Origin: the human T2T-CHM13v2.0 reference genome, Homo sapiens
DNA: 64,000 nucleotides
Strand: one strand, 5' to 3'
NCBI RefSeq assembly: GCF_009914755.1
Contig: NC_060927.1
This document shows, piece by piece, positions 16,228-29,824 of the stretch (positions within the stretch are counted from its first letter, which is position 1; each line of letters opens with the position of its first letter). The notes under the pieces are model-generated. The model was not told where the DNA came from and ran no database searches. It saw only the letters and a program-made list of their open reading frames with translations. Made by a program: the position numbers and the translations under genes.

Positions 16228-17171
16228 CTAGCCCATAACTATTTCCAATAATTGGCAGATAACACTATCCAAAAGAAACTCAAGTGTTGAGCATTCATTG
16301 ACTTAGGTCACTTTTCCACAATGTGGTCAGTGATTTAGAGTTGTCTTGGGAGATAAGAAAAACACAAAATGAAATAAAATAACAAACCAAAAGCAAAACA
16401 ATGTTTCAAACATGAAAGTAGACTTATCTTGGTTAAATGGTGAACAATTAGCCAATAAAAGGAGAATGAGATTGATCTCCGTGTTAGCAACATGGAAGTC
16501 ACTGCTAATGTTAATAAGAACAGTTTGTTTTTGGAGTGGTGTAGGCAAATGTATGATTAGTATAGATTCAAGAAAGAATGAGAGAGTAGGAAGTACAGAC
16601 CATAAGAATAGACAAATATTCCAAAGAGGTTTGCTGTAAATAGGAGCAGAAAACTATAATAGCTGAAGGGGACTGGAGATATGACAAATGTTTGTTAAGG
16701 TGGAGGAATTACAGCAAGTTTTAGAGGAAAAAATAATGATGCAGTAGAGAGAGAAAATTTTGGGAGTAATATCTTTGAGAAAATGAAGAAATGGGGTCTC
16801 ATCAGGGCTGATGTTTAGCAGACATGCACAACCAAAGCAATAATGACTGCTAAGATACTAACATACTTTCAGGACAGTTTGTAAATAATTGCTCTTCTGA
16901 GCCCCTTGAGTGCTCCCACCTCCAACCTCCTTTCCCTTGGAACTTCTTGGACCTGCCCACCATCCAGAAACTAAAAGGTAACAATTGGAACAGAAGAAAG
17001 CCCCACAGACTGCTTTGGTGCTATGTTTGTGCTTCTGCCATTCTGGTTGTTAAATGCTTTGACTATCACTCAACTATCCAGAGTCCAAATGAAGATGTCA
17101 GTCTTAGGAGAAGTTGATGGGTTGATAGATTTGGAAAGGGTATGATGTTCAGGTTCTCTTTTCAGTGCTGT

Positions 17172-17522
17172 TATTTTATTTTATTTTATGTTATTTTATT
17201 TTATTTATTTATTTATTTTTGAGACAGACTCTCGCTGTCGCCCAGGCTAGAGTGCAGTGGAGTGCAGAGTTTTGCTCTGTTGCCCAGGCTAGAGATCTGG
17301 GCTCACTGCTATTTCTGCCTCCTGGGTTCAAACAATTCTCAGCCTCCTGAATAACTAGGGCTACAGGCATGGACACCATGCCCAGCTAATTCTTGTATTT
17401 TTAGTAGAGACAAGGTTTCACTATGTTGGCCAGGCTAGTTTCGAACTTCTGACCTCAGGTGGTTCGCCCACCTGGACCTCCCAAAGTGCTGGGATTAGAG
17501 GCATGAGCTATCGCGCCTGACC
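17172..17522 (-). mobile_element. AluS with internal tandem duplication near the 3' end
   Basis: ctgtcgcccaggctagag occurs twice (about 17235 and 17277); (TTTTA)n tail. Confidence 0.88.
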
Positions 17523-18011
17523 TCAGTGCTTTTATTTTCTCGCAAATCTAAGACACTAAGAGTAAAAAGAGGCTAGGGACCTTGTAGGTATAAGGGAAGA
17601 AGGTGTGCTATCAGTGTGTTTTGGAATAGGAAGTTAATTGATCAGGGCAATATGTAGAGTTTATAGTAGATTAGCCATGTCTTGGCATCTTGCTATGGAA
17701 GTAGAAAAGAGGAAGACAGAGACAAGGGAATTGAGGGTATTGAGTAGGGCGTGATTATCAAAATGAGCTGTCAAATTTAAGCCAGTTAAGAAGAAAATGG
17801 GTATAGGGTCAAGTGAGAGGCAGTACCAGGGTGGCAGGGCAAACAGATTATAGGTTCTTGTATAATTGAAGAATTGTTGAATGTGGGGTACCTCTAGGAG
17901 TGAGTTGGAGAGAGAGAAGTGGTACTTGGAAGACATTTGAAATTGACAAAGAATGAGTTTTTAGTAATGGCAAATTCCAGTGAAATACCCTGAGAGGAGT
18001 TGGCGGAGATG

Positions 18012-18415
18012 GTGCGATGGCTTGAATGTTGTGCCTTCCAAAACTCACGTTGAAATTTAGTCAGCAGCATGGCAGTATGAAGAGATGGAGACTTTAAGAG
18101 GTGATTGGGTCATGAGAGCTCTGCCCTTATGAATGCAATAATCCATTGCTGAATCACTAATGGGTTCTCATTGGAGTGGGACTGGAGGCTTTACAAGAAG
18201 AAGAGAGACCTTAGCTAGATCATTTAGCCTCTTCACCATGTGATGCTCTGTGTCACCTTGGGTCTCTGTAGAGATTCTCCACCAGCAAGAAGGCTCTTAC
18301 CAGATGGGACTCCTTCAACTGGAGGCATTCATAAGTGTAACAAACACATTCATTTTCTTTATAAATTACCAGTTTCAGATATTCTGTTATAAGCAACTGA
18401 AAATAGAGTAAGACA
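18012..18415 (+). mobile_element. MST/MLT1A-type MaLR solo LTR
   Basis: tgcgatggcttgaatg start; ttgttataagcaactgaaaatagagtaagaca end. Confidence 0.75.
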
Positions 18416-18427
18416 GATGGGATAGGG

Positions 18428-18786
18428 TGATATGGCTTGGCGATGTTCCCACCCAAATCTCATCTTAAATTGTAGCTCCCATAATTCCCACATGTGGTGG
18501 GAGGGACCTGGTGGGAGATAATTGAATTATGGAGGCGGATCTTTCCCATGCTATTCTCCTGACAGTGAATAAGTGTCATGAAATCTGATGGTTTTATAAA
18601 GGAGAAGTTTCCCCTACACAAGCTCTCTTGCCTGCCACCATATAAGATGTCACTTTGCTCCTCATTTGCCTTCTGCCATGATTGTGAGGCCTCCCCAGCC
18701 ATGTGGCGTCCATTAAACCTCTTTCCTTATAAATTACCTGGTCTTGGGTGATGTTTTTATTAGCAGCGTGAGAATAGGCTAATACA
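18428..18786 (+). mobile_element. THE1 (B/C) solo LTR
   Basis: tgatatggcttggc...cccacccaaatctcatctt start; agcagcgtgagaataggctaataca end. Confidence 0.88.
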
Positions 18787-18819
18787 ATGGGGTATAAGCT
18801 CATCAGAATAAGGAAGTCA

Positions 18820-19119
<300 letters not shown>

Positions 19120-19726
19120 AATAAGGAAGTCAAGGAAAGAGAGATCAGGTTACCAGAAGGAATGACTCTGTATGTTTATGTATACACTGAAATCATCAAG
19201 TGTTCTGTGATGACAGAGAGTGAGAAAAAAAGGTCTCATCTGTAAGGAGTAAGAAGTTACCCAGAAGTGTACAGATAATTGCAATAAGGGTATGTAGTAG
19301 GTGACAGAATTTGAGGATATGAGCTTTAAAGAAGTTGAAAATATTTAAAAATAGGAAAGACATATGTTCTAAAAAAGGCAATAAGATAAAAACCATGGCA
19401 CCTCCAGGTCCAATGGGGTCTAGGGTATGTTAGAAGAAACAGCCTCTAATTTAGAGGGCTCTTGGAAGAGCAATGTCCCCAGGTGACCCCTGAGTTCCAG
19501 TAGGAAAAGAAGGGAAAGGGAATAGTTACAAAGGAGATATGGGGAATTTTGTGAGTAACTGATTGTGAATTCCATAGGGTGAGGGGACTTGAGCAACTGA
19601 GGAAAGTTGAGAGCATGAATAGGGTTGGGGAACTTACATATGTTATGAGAGTCCAGACAAAAATGCTTCAAGGCCTGGAGTAAAGAGGCCTAAACTGTAC
19701 GGTTGGATTATTGTCCTAATAGTCTC

Positions 19727-20012
19727 TACTATGGGCTGAATTATCTGTCCCTAAGATTCACATGTTGAAGCCCTAGCCTCCAGTAATTCAGAGGGACTGC
19801 ACTGCAGACAGGGTCTTTAAGGAAGACATTTGGGTTAGCCCTAATCCAATCTGCAAACTAAAAAGAGGGATTTCAGAAGAAACCAAATGTTCTGACACCT
19901 TGCTCTTGGACTTCTAGCCTCCAGAACTGTGAAAAACATATATAATAATTTCTGTTATTTAAGCCATTCAGTCTGTGGTATTTTGTTATGGCAACCTTAG
20001 AATATTCATACA
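19727..20012 (+). mobile_element. MLT1A/B MaLR LTR, internally deleted
   Basis: ggacttctagcctccagaactgtga...ctgtggtattttgttatggca motifs. Confidence 0.75.
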
Positions 20013-21131
20013 GTCTTCTTGGTGAAAGTGAATAACAGTTCTAATTGCATCCTCATTTTTGGAACTGTTCTCTTAGGTATATTATGCTGATGAGCTAGGA
20101 AGCACTGGGGGCCAAGGAGAGAGATAATTCTTTCCAGAAGTATAGTTCTGTGGGTCCCCTTTCCTGTTTTGCCAAGGTCCAGTGTAATTTATTCATTTGC
20201 CTATATTGTTTTTTTAACTTACTTTTAATTTGTGATTCTTACTGATAATAAAATGGGATAACTATATTTATTTATTTATGCAACAAATATTTATTGAGTG
20301 CCTATTATGTGCCAAGCACTTTTCTAGATACGCGGATATTAGGGAATCAAACAGATAAACCCCTGCCCTCACAGAGCTTACCTTCTAGTAAGGTAAGCTC
20401 TAACTGGGGGATGCTTTTGTGGAATTTGGTAGTTTTCAAACTGGAGTTTTCATTTCTTATGACCAAAGTCTCCCTACTCCAATCCAAGCATTTTATTGTT
20501 ACCAAATTCACTTTATAAAAGTAGAAAATGTATCATGTAATATCCACCTAGAAAAAAAAATCAATTGATGCCTCCATATTGCCTTATAAATAAAATCCTT
20601 ATTTCTCTCTATGGCATTCAAGTTGTGATTTGATGCTGAATTACTTGTTTGGCATCTGCCCCAAATTAGGGATCTGTATCCATCCTGAGAAGCCTTATGC
20701 TTTCTCTTTTATTGCAAAATGGACATTTCAGGACACCAAAAGATGTAAACTTGTTACAGAAATTCACCATATGTTCATTCCCTATAAATACTCAAAAGAT
20801 ACTAGCTCTTCCCCGTGTTACTGTCAGTCCTTTGCTAGAAGTTGCCTACTCTGTAATGCTGAGCTCTAATTGTTTGCTCAGCTTGGGGACCTATACAGAA
20901 CAGGTGTGGAGTAGGAGAAGGAAAGCCCAACTATGGGGTGGATTTCCAGGTCATCTGCTCTAGTACCTGAAAAGGGCTCCTGGTTTTCATTACTTTTTCT
21001 GCTGAAAGCAGCCGATTCTCTAAACAATAGTTGTGGCTATTATATATGTTTCCATTTCTTCTCTAGGCCAGAAATGTGGATATTTTTATGCATATCTTAC
21101 TGTAAGCACATCATATTTTAAGCATATCTTA

Positions 21132-21504
<373 letters not shown>

Positions 21505-21991
21505 CTAGGGGAAGCCATCACACTCTAGGCCTGAAGGGACACTGGAAACAAATTGTTTTATTAGAGACCCATGAGAGCTGAGGCCATGGAAAAGAGGCCT
21601 CTACACAGGCCCTGTAGTCATAGAGGGACAGGACTGTGGCCAAAATTTTGGGTTAAAGGAAAGAAGAATACTCTGATATTTCTCTCCTCCCTTCTTTTGA
21701 TTTTCTGCCAGTGCTTCCCATTGGTCAATCACAACAGGAAGCCACAGGTCAAAGGGGCCTAGTGATTTATCTGTAGGCATCCAAAGGCACGGCTTGGTAG
21801 AGAAGTAGAAACAATAGATTTGGGGAGGGAAACAGAAAATACTGCTGTTATAAATATTCTCTAGACCACAGGAAGTTAAAAAAAATTACTAGATTACAGG
21901 ACAATTAAAAAATTCCCATAAATCTACCTTTCTAATACCATTTCCTTCTTATTCCCACATTTAACCTGCTGAGTGTTATCTCTGCCTAGCA

Positions 21992-22175
21992 CTGGGGTGG
22001 GTAAACTTTTCCTGTAAAGCATATTTTAGACTTTGAGGCTTAAGAGGCAAGGTCGAAAATATTATGTCCTATTTATGTAGTGATTTGAAATGTAATTATT
22101 TGAACATATAAAAAACAGTCATTCAAATTCAGTGGCGTAGATTTGGCCTGTGGGCTATACTTTGCTACCCTCTGG
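21992..22175. mobile_element. MER58-like hAT-Charlie element
   Basis: ggggtgggtaaactttt...gatttggcctgtgggctatactttgctaccctctg termini. Confidence 0.6.
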
Positions 22176-22681
22176 CCTTGAAAGTCTTCTAAATTTTTGC
22201 TAGCCTAAAATCCACCTACTTTTCAATGTCAAGTTCAAATAAAACCTCCCCTACGTGGCCTCTCATACTGGGACTCTGAGCTGTGAGTGACAGAAAATCA
22301 ACTATTACTAGCTTAAGCAAAACTGAGGATAAGTTGAGAGTTTGCGGGTTGTAGATCCCAGAATCCAGGAGTTGCTGAAATGCCAGCTGCTCTGGGGATA
22401 TCCTGCTTTGCTACTGTGGTAACATCAGAACATGCCCTCTTCATCTCCCTTTCTCTTCTCTTTGCTTCTGTCTTCAGTTTGGCCTCATCATCTCCTAGAG
22501 GCAGATCTTTTCCACAAGAAACAGAATATGTAACTCTTTATGTACCCAGGAAAGTATTCTGTTTGACCTGTCTTGGTCACCCAGCCACCCTTCGATGAAC
22601 CCATGTCGGTGGAGGAAGGGGGAAGAGTGATGGGGTAGTCTCGAGGTTCAGACATGGCACACGTTTGGGAGAGAAGCTCAC

Positions 22682-22760
22682 CTCTGAGGAGTGGGGAAAG
22701 AGGCAGTTTCCCAAAAGGAGGATGCATTCTGTTGCCAGGAGATGAAACAGGAGAGGTTGT
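22682..22760 (-). other. UTS2B: Probable UTS2B non-coding exon 2 (79 nt), within an old MLT1-like LTR remnant
   Basis: Minus-strand acceptor tctctctaaaatag|AC at 22761/22760 and donor GAG|GTGAGC at 22682/22681; size matches recalled RefSeq exon. Confidence 0.65.
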
Positions 22761-23179
22761 CTATTTTAGAGAGATAGAAATGTCACAATTACAATCCAAT
22801 GTGTGCAGCGCTATAACAGAGATAAGTCTGACGCCTCGTTATCACCCACAGTACCTAACATCACACTTGGTAGACACATTCATGCGATTTTGATGAATGA
22901 ATGACTCAGTTCTCCCAGCTGATTGTGTACACACTCTACTCCAAACTGGCCCAGAATTTTATCAGCTGCTCTTCATTCTGTACGTTGTATTTGGGGTTTT
23001 TATGGCCATCTACCATCTCTCCTCTAATTCCAGGTGCAAAAAGAGTGTATGAGAGAGAGGCAAGCATGCAGTAAACATCCTGTGTTAATCTCAATCCCAG
23101 AACCAGACCACAGAATGCTGACTACACCGCTCACGGGAAAGACTATGTTTTAGGTGACCCGTGTGGCCTTTTTGTTGAG

Positions 23180-23920
23180 GCCTTTAGGATACAAGGCCCC
23201 CACCTAAAGACGCGACCCTCCCGTAGGAGGGGGGCAGGGCCCGGGGGCGGGAGCACAGCGGGGCCCCAGCCTCAGGCGGCGCGTCACTGAGCACAAAGGA
23301 GACAACAGCGAGGCGGCAGCGGGCGCTGATCTTCGCTCGCCAGCCACTCGCAATTGCGGTTACAGACCTGCAGCTCCCCCTCCCCCAGCCGGCCCGCCCG
23401 CCTTTCTGTCTCCTCTCTCCCTCCGTACTGGACGGCCCCGGTCCATTTCCGGGCTCCGGATATTTGGTATCGATTGGGGCCGGGGACGCGGAGCAGGTGG
23501 CCGCGGCGGGGCAGCTGGGCCGCCAGCTTGGTGCCTCGGGGACCGTCTCCCGCTGCTTTGGTCACCAGCCCCTGCCCGCCCGACCCGCTCCGTTCTCCGG
23601 CCTGCGAGCCCTGCCGGCCGGACTTTGCGCCGCGTCCGGCGCTGCTGCTGCGCTCGGGGCCCCGCTCGGCGCCGGCGGTGACCGGGAAGCCCGCGTTAAA
23701 GGGGCAACCGGGACCCTGGCCCGGTATGGCTGAAGTCAGCATCGACCAGTCCAAGCTGCCTGGAGTCAAGGAAGGTAAGGGCCCCGGAGGGAGGGCGCGC
23801 GGGACCCTCCCCTCTCCCAGCCCGAGGTTCTCTCAGGTCAGGGGCGTTGCCATTTCGGCTCCCGCGGCCCTCGCCCGGTGCCCGCCCTGCGTTGGCCTTG
23901 CCCGGACGTGAAAGGAATTG
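23180..23920. promoter_or_regulatory. CCDC50: CpG island / CCDC50 promoter and 5'UTR
   Basis: Abrupt GC- and CpG-rich segment around the ATG; GC box GGGGCGGG 23244-23251, GCGTCA half-CRE 23281, ETS-like TTCCGG ~23447, inverted CCAAT (ATTGG) ~23473; no TATA box seen. Confidence 0.9.
23726..23774 (+). CDS. CCDC50: CCDC50 coding exon 1 (MAEVSIDQSKLPGVKE/V), 49 nt
   Basis: ATG in strong Kozak context (ggtATGg) inside a CpG island; donor AAG|GTAAGG at 23774/5; peptide recognised as the CCDC50 N-terminus. Confidence 0.97.
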
Positions 23921-23984
23921 AATTCAGGTTCTAGTGTGGGACGTTGGGCAAGTCTCCGACGTTCCAAGCCCGTTTTTTCTCAAG

Positions 23985-24005
23985 GGGGTGGTTGGGGGGG
24001 GGGGG
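23985..24005 (+). repeat. G-tract (GGGGTGGTT + G14), G-quadruplex-capable
   Basis: Directly visible. Confidence 0.8.
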
Positions 24006-24342
24006 CTAGCAGCAGCCCCAGCAAGTAGGTGGCTGTGCCCGTGTTCTCGTGCATCGCAAAGCCTCAGTGGACGCTGAGAGCCGGGTGAATCTGACTTACT
24101 CCGCTTCTAAAAAATCGAGGCCCAGCCTGGCTGGCTTGAAGGCTGGGAAGTGGAGAGGGGTTGACATTCAGTTCCGTGTGGAGCCTTTGTTTTGAAACAT
24201 GACTCTTTCCCTCCTTCTCTCCCTACTTTTCCTAGGCCGGCGTCTGGCTGGCTGACTTTCCCACCTTCCTCAAGGTTTAAAAGTTTAGTCTTGGCTGTGT
24301 TCTGCGCGGGCGGGAAGCCACTATAAGCATTTTCTTACAAAC

Positions 24343-24345
<3 letters not shown>

Positions 24346-24374
<29 letters not shown>
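24346..24374 (+). repeat. (CA)n microsatellite, ~14 units
   Basis: Directly visible. Confidence 0.95.
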
Positions 24375-24376
<2 letters not shown>

Positions 24377-24458
24377 AGTGAGCGAGGGGAACAGGGGACT
24401 GATGGCCTTGTCATTGCTTTTTGTACCAATGTCCAGGAAAGTAGAGATTAGTACTGAC

Positions 24459-24581
24459 CTGGCTTTAGCTGACAGCAAGTAGCCTTTTGACTTCCCTTCT
24501 CTTGTTTTTCCACTAGCTGCCTCAGGACCTAGCTTTTTTTTGCTGAGATCTTAGGTGCTGGATCGCCTTATGCCTTGAGTT
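24459..24581 (-). other. UTS2B: Probable UTS2B non-coding exon 1 (upper end approximate), within CCDC50 intron 1
   Basis: Minus-strand donor CAG|GTCAGT at 24459/24458; position agrees with recalled annotation of UTS2B starting inside CCDC50 intron 1; the TSS itself is not visible in sequence. Confidence 0.55.
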
Positions 24582-27500
24582 ATCTTTGTTTATTCTTTGG
24601 TCCTAGGAAGCATAGACGTTCCAGAGTGCTGACGCAGACCCCTAAGTTCCAAGGGCTTTGCAAAATCGGCTTCTGTTGTGAATGTCATTTGTATCGATTG
24701 AATACTGTAGCCTGAGGCGTCTTGGAGATGTGGAATTGAAAATAGTTTTTGCTTTCTTGGAACCGCTTGTTTTATTGACAACTTAATTTGACTCCGTTGG
24801 TCTTGTGTGGGCTCAGGCCAGCCCAAAAATCTCAGGAAAATGAGGGACTGCTTGATTGCTTTCTCAGAGTTTCAAGCACTAGGAGACTAGTGACTAGTGG
24901 TCACTGATTTTATGTAGAATTTCTGATGGGCCTAGTTCTGTCTTACTGTTCCGGAAGGGTGTTAAAGCTTAGGCGTGAGATTTTAGCGTTAATACTTTTC
25001 TACCTTTCCGTCCCTGGTATGGCTTTGATGAAGACTTAGGGCTTTCACCTGTAGAAAACAGTTTTCACTCTGCTGTCAAGACTAAGGAGGCTGAGCGATA
25101 GGAAAGGCGGATCCATACTTTTGAGAGTTCTTATCTTAGAGATTGTCTGGTTATCCTTTACTTTTGGATATGAGGGTTTTTTGTGTGCGTATGTGTTGGG
25201 TTTGTCTCTAGAGAAAGAGTGATCCTTGTGCAGTGTGTAGTGCATGGTGAGTAGAATGAGAATTGGAGTTCAAACAAAACCTGGTATGTATAGTATTAAT
25301 CATATGGTGCTATGATTTTATCCAATCCCCTATTCATGTGAGTGAAAAAACATAAAACTCTTCATATACATTTATATTACCCTTAGGTCTTCTGATTTCG
25401 TACCAAGACATGAATGATGTATTCTAACATATTATTTCTCAAGGAGTTCCACAAACACCTTCCATATAAAAATGCAAGATTTTTCCATTTCCACACTCTA
25501 GAGTCTAATACATTTAAATTAGCTTTCATTTTGCGTAATACGGTGTTTGGCAATCTCTTTTATGTAATCTGGTAAATTGGTAAGAAAATTCAGTGTGGCT
25601 CTTTCATTAAGTTACAATTAAATATTAATTTTGAAGGTGGTCAGGAATCGATGAGATCACTGTCTTTGTAAACATCTGACTTTTCTAGTTCCAAGATCAT
25701 CAAAGGAAGTGATGTATTATACTAGGAATGTCCTACTAATGGTGGTGAAGTTTTTGATCTGAGAAGTATTCAAGTCTAATAAAGTGTATCCTTCCCTAAT
25801 ATAACTCTTAATTATGGCCCAGTTACTCCCTAACAGTGTCTTTATCCTAATTAAAGAGAATGAAGCTTGTGCCCCTGATAGGGTAAAACATGTGCAAACA
25901 TTGAGACTGTGGTAATATTGAAACTCCAACTTCATTTGAGAAGGGTTAGTAGTAGTAATTAGTTTAATATTCTGATGCAGATTTTTGAACCCCATTCAAA
26001 AAAATCCCTGTATCTGTCTCCTCTACTTTTTAATTTAAACTTTTGATAGATATATATGCAGTTACAATTTATATTCAATTTGGTATCATGGGGTAGATTC
26101 CAATAGAGATTAAGAAGAATAGTGCAGTGAGTGTGTGCCCGTTTCCATTGCTGTTTAGGAGGGGATGGGGCACCCTGTGACCTTTTGTCGTGAACATTTC
26201 AATAGAGGTCGTGGGTAGCAGCTGACATTAGGGTAAGGGGATATTTAAAAATCTTCTTTCCTAGGTTGAAATCTAATGCTTGCTTACTTAGTTTTTAAGG
26301 AAGTCAAAAATATTCATCATTTGGACAGACCTTTTGAAAAAACACACACACATACACCTATGGTAGTATTTATACCTTGGTAAATCTCTTAAACTGGGAG
26401 ACAAAGGGAAATGATTGAGTTCATATGTAGGTGAAAAGAATCAAGTCAACTAAGTGTCAACACATCATTTTTTCTGGTTAAAAGTGTGTTTGGAACATCT
26501 GTATACTTTTTGTAATGGAAAACGCTGTTGCCAATATTCAGGAATAATACTCTATTTCTTCTGAAACATTTGAGGTTCTAGATTTGAAATAATTTCCAGC
26601 CATTTTAAACTTCAGTAGGTCTATAACTGAAATGCAAAATGCAATTTGCGAATGTTAGGGAAAGGAACAGGCATGTTTCAACAATATTCTGAAAGTTTCT
26701 TGGAGTTCAGAGCTGGAAACATATTTTTGTAAAAAACTTTTAATCAGTTGACAAACTTACATTTTTCAGGGGGTCAGTTTTAGCTTCTTCATTGAATTTT
26801 TCTTTTCTGAACCAGCAATCAAGACTCCCTACTTCCTTTTGCTCTCCAAGTTCCTGTATCAGTAAATGAATTGTCCACTTGCTGTAATTTTGCCATTTAG
26901 CCCTCTCTAACCAAGATGTTGATCGAGGCCTTTCTAGACATTTTGGCGTTTCATCAACTTCTTTGCAATTTCTTAAGCATTAGAGCTTTACCACTTTTAG
27001 CCATGCAGTGCATGCTTTCAACCTCTCCTATTTTCTCCAAGTGTTAATCTTTATTTTTCTTTCCTTACAGCAGTTCTCTCAATCTCATTTTTATGTTCAA
27101 TTCTTACATTCTTTAGGTGGAAAGTTCCACTGTCTCAAAGTTGGTGAATTCTGTGTGTGTTGGTGTGCATGTGTGTGCTTAACATCTGAAATCAGTTTAC
27201 CTAGGAGTGACTTACTTCTTGAAGTACAGGTAGCTAGCTATTCTGGGAGCAAATCCTTTTTCTTTAGTGAAAGATACAATTTAATACATTTTTAGAAATG
27301 TCTGTAAAAGGAAACATACCTAGAAAGCACTGATTTATTTTAGGTTCAGGGCACTCCAGTGGCATAATGTGTTAAATTAAGTTAATGGCGTACATCCAGA
27401 CCTTCAAGGGGGAAAGATATAAAATTATGTCTGGTACCATCAGTGAACCCAGTAGTCTAAGAAATTTAGAGCTTATCACATGCACACTAGGCATCTAAAC

Positions 27501-29824
27501 AGATGGCAGTGTCCATGAGATGTACATATATCTGGCTACACGGCAAACCCACTTTCCCTGTTTTTCAAAATTCCATAACAGTTTTTGTTTTGGTTGTTGG
27601 TTTTTAATGAGACCCTGGCTGGATCTCTTGGAGCTAGGAGGTTTATGTCTTAGTTATCTTGCTGTACCCTCATTTGGATGAATGTCTTTTATGTAATCAG
27701 CAACTATTCAGTAAATATTTGCATGTGTGAATAAATGAATGAGTGAATGAATGAATACATTATTATTCTCTGTTGGTTTAGGAATCTTGTCTCTGGCATA
27801 ATTATTTTGTATTCTTTTTCAGAGTATAAGCTTTTAAAAGGCAGAGATAATACCTTTTAAACTGTGTGTATCACTTATTTATACCAGCATTAAATTTATA
27901 AAAACTTCGAATTTTTTTCTAATTTTTTATAGGTATGTCTTGTAAATAGAATTCATTCAACATAGATATGTATTACATAGAAAAATTAAAGAAAGTAATT
28001 TGTTGCTTTCTTTTCTGACTTTGGAGATAATCATTAAGAATAGAATTTTAGTAAAATTTTCTAAATGCTATTTTGTGTTTTTGATTTTTACTTGAGTAAT
28101 AATAGGTTTAATTTTTTGTTCTAAGTACAAAGCAATATCACTCAATTTGGGAGCAGGAAGGAATCTTAGATAATTTGCATATCTGCTGTGTGCCACATGT
28201 TGTGTTGAGGGTATTTCCACAATAAAAAAAAATTTTCCGTGGTACATGAACATGATCTTTGCTGTGGTATAGAATGCATGGAGTTGTTGAAAGAACTGTC
28301 TGAATTCATATGTGCACCAAAAATGGCTTTCACAAAAGGGAAGAAAATAGTATATTGCCATATGTAGACTTGCATTACTTTTTTGAATGAAGAAGGGAAT
28401 TTTCAAATGGATGTAACTGTTAATTTGTAAAATATATATTTTTTAAACAGGTACTTAACGGACGACTCACACGTGGGAAACCATAGTTAATTGGTACTTT
28501 AAAAAGAGATTTCAGAGTAGAAAGCACTAAAAACCACTGTTCTAGGCCAACTTCCTTATTTTCCAGATGAAAATCCCAGGGTCAGGGAGGGCAAGTGAGT
28601 TGTATTAAACCACTGAGGCTAAGTAGCTAGGAATTGGCACATTGGGGCCTAGAATTAGAAAAGTTTAGAACTGTGAGTAGTTGCTTACACAGCTTATTCT
28701 TCCCTCCATTTCTTTTTACCTACCTTCTCTTTTCCTTTTCCTCCTTCCCTCTCTTCCCCTTCTTTCTTTTAAATTGTTCTGTAGATGCGTAAGATTCATT
28801 TCTGATGTGTTTCATTTATGTGATATGCCATATGTTTAAGACAGTAGAATGAAAATAATAAGGCTTTTTCTGAGGATAGTTATTTTAAGGATAATGTATC
28901 ATATGGATGCTGAGTTAACATACAATTTTTTACAACTTTTAGTTTTGATTCAGCAAATGAATTACTGAGTGAACTGTAGGAAGTCACACTCTTGCCTCAC
29001 TGTTTTTTCTACCTGAAAAGTCTTGCAAAAATGCATGTCTTCTCTGGTATATTCATTCTAAAGAGGCTAATATTTAAAGGTAGAAACTCTAAAATTAAAC
29101 GTATTGGAGAAATAAAGTCATAGGCCATGGTCTTTCCTCAGCCCTTGTTAGGGACTTAACAGTTTTTGTTGAGATAAATAAATTTTTCCTCAGTGACAAA
29201 AAACATGTGAGTTTCATTCATAAAGAAAACAGTTATGGAGACCACTAAACTTAAGTAAATGCTGCTTGAAATCCCAGTTCTCCAAGGTACAGAAGCATAT
29301 TTAGAAGTGAATTGCTTTGATCCATAGAGGAGAAAACAAACATTCAAACAACTATATTTGCTGTTTCAGAGGTAGCCACTGGAAGTGCCATTGGATTAAT
29401 GTTTTTAACTGGTGACTCGTTTAAAGGTGTCCTGTGCTTCAAAAATGTAAAATTAGAATAACCTAGATCTTAGATAAGACCTACAAAGGATAATTAGTTT
29501 TTATATTTAGAAGGACTTTGGGGATTACTTGGATGTTTGAATCTAGAATGTTCCAGGTGTTTGAATTTAAAAACCAGCGCAAGAGTTCTCAGATATTGCT
29601 TTTAAAAGGACTGTTAAGCAGAAAACAATCATTATTTCCTTCTGTCATCATTTCGTTAAAAAAGCATACACACATACATTAAGTGTGTGTGCATAGGATA
29701 GTTTTTAGCCTACATTGAGAAAAAGGAAAAAAAACAAAGCAGTAAAGACTTTCTAATAAACCAGAACCAGTGTATTACCGGTCTTGTTTATTTATCAGTG
29801 GTTCTTTCCTTTTTCTTTGTCGTT

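Noticed and set aside
23284-23769. 161-aa antisense ORF over the CpG island
   Set aside because: Non-ATG start, GC-driven openness, no recognisable domain, lies in the inferred UTS2B intron
27040-27235. Strong-looking acceptor (tttctttccttacag, 27070) with downstream GT sites
   Set aside because: Such pseudo-sites are common in long AT-rich introns; no further evidence
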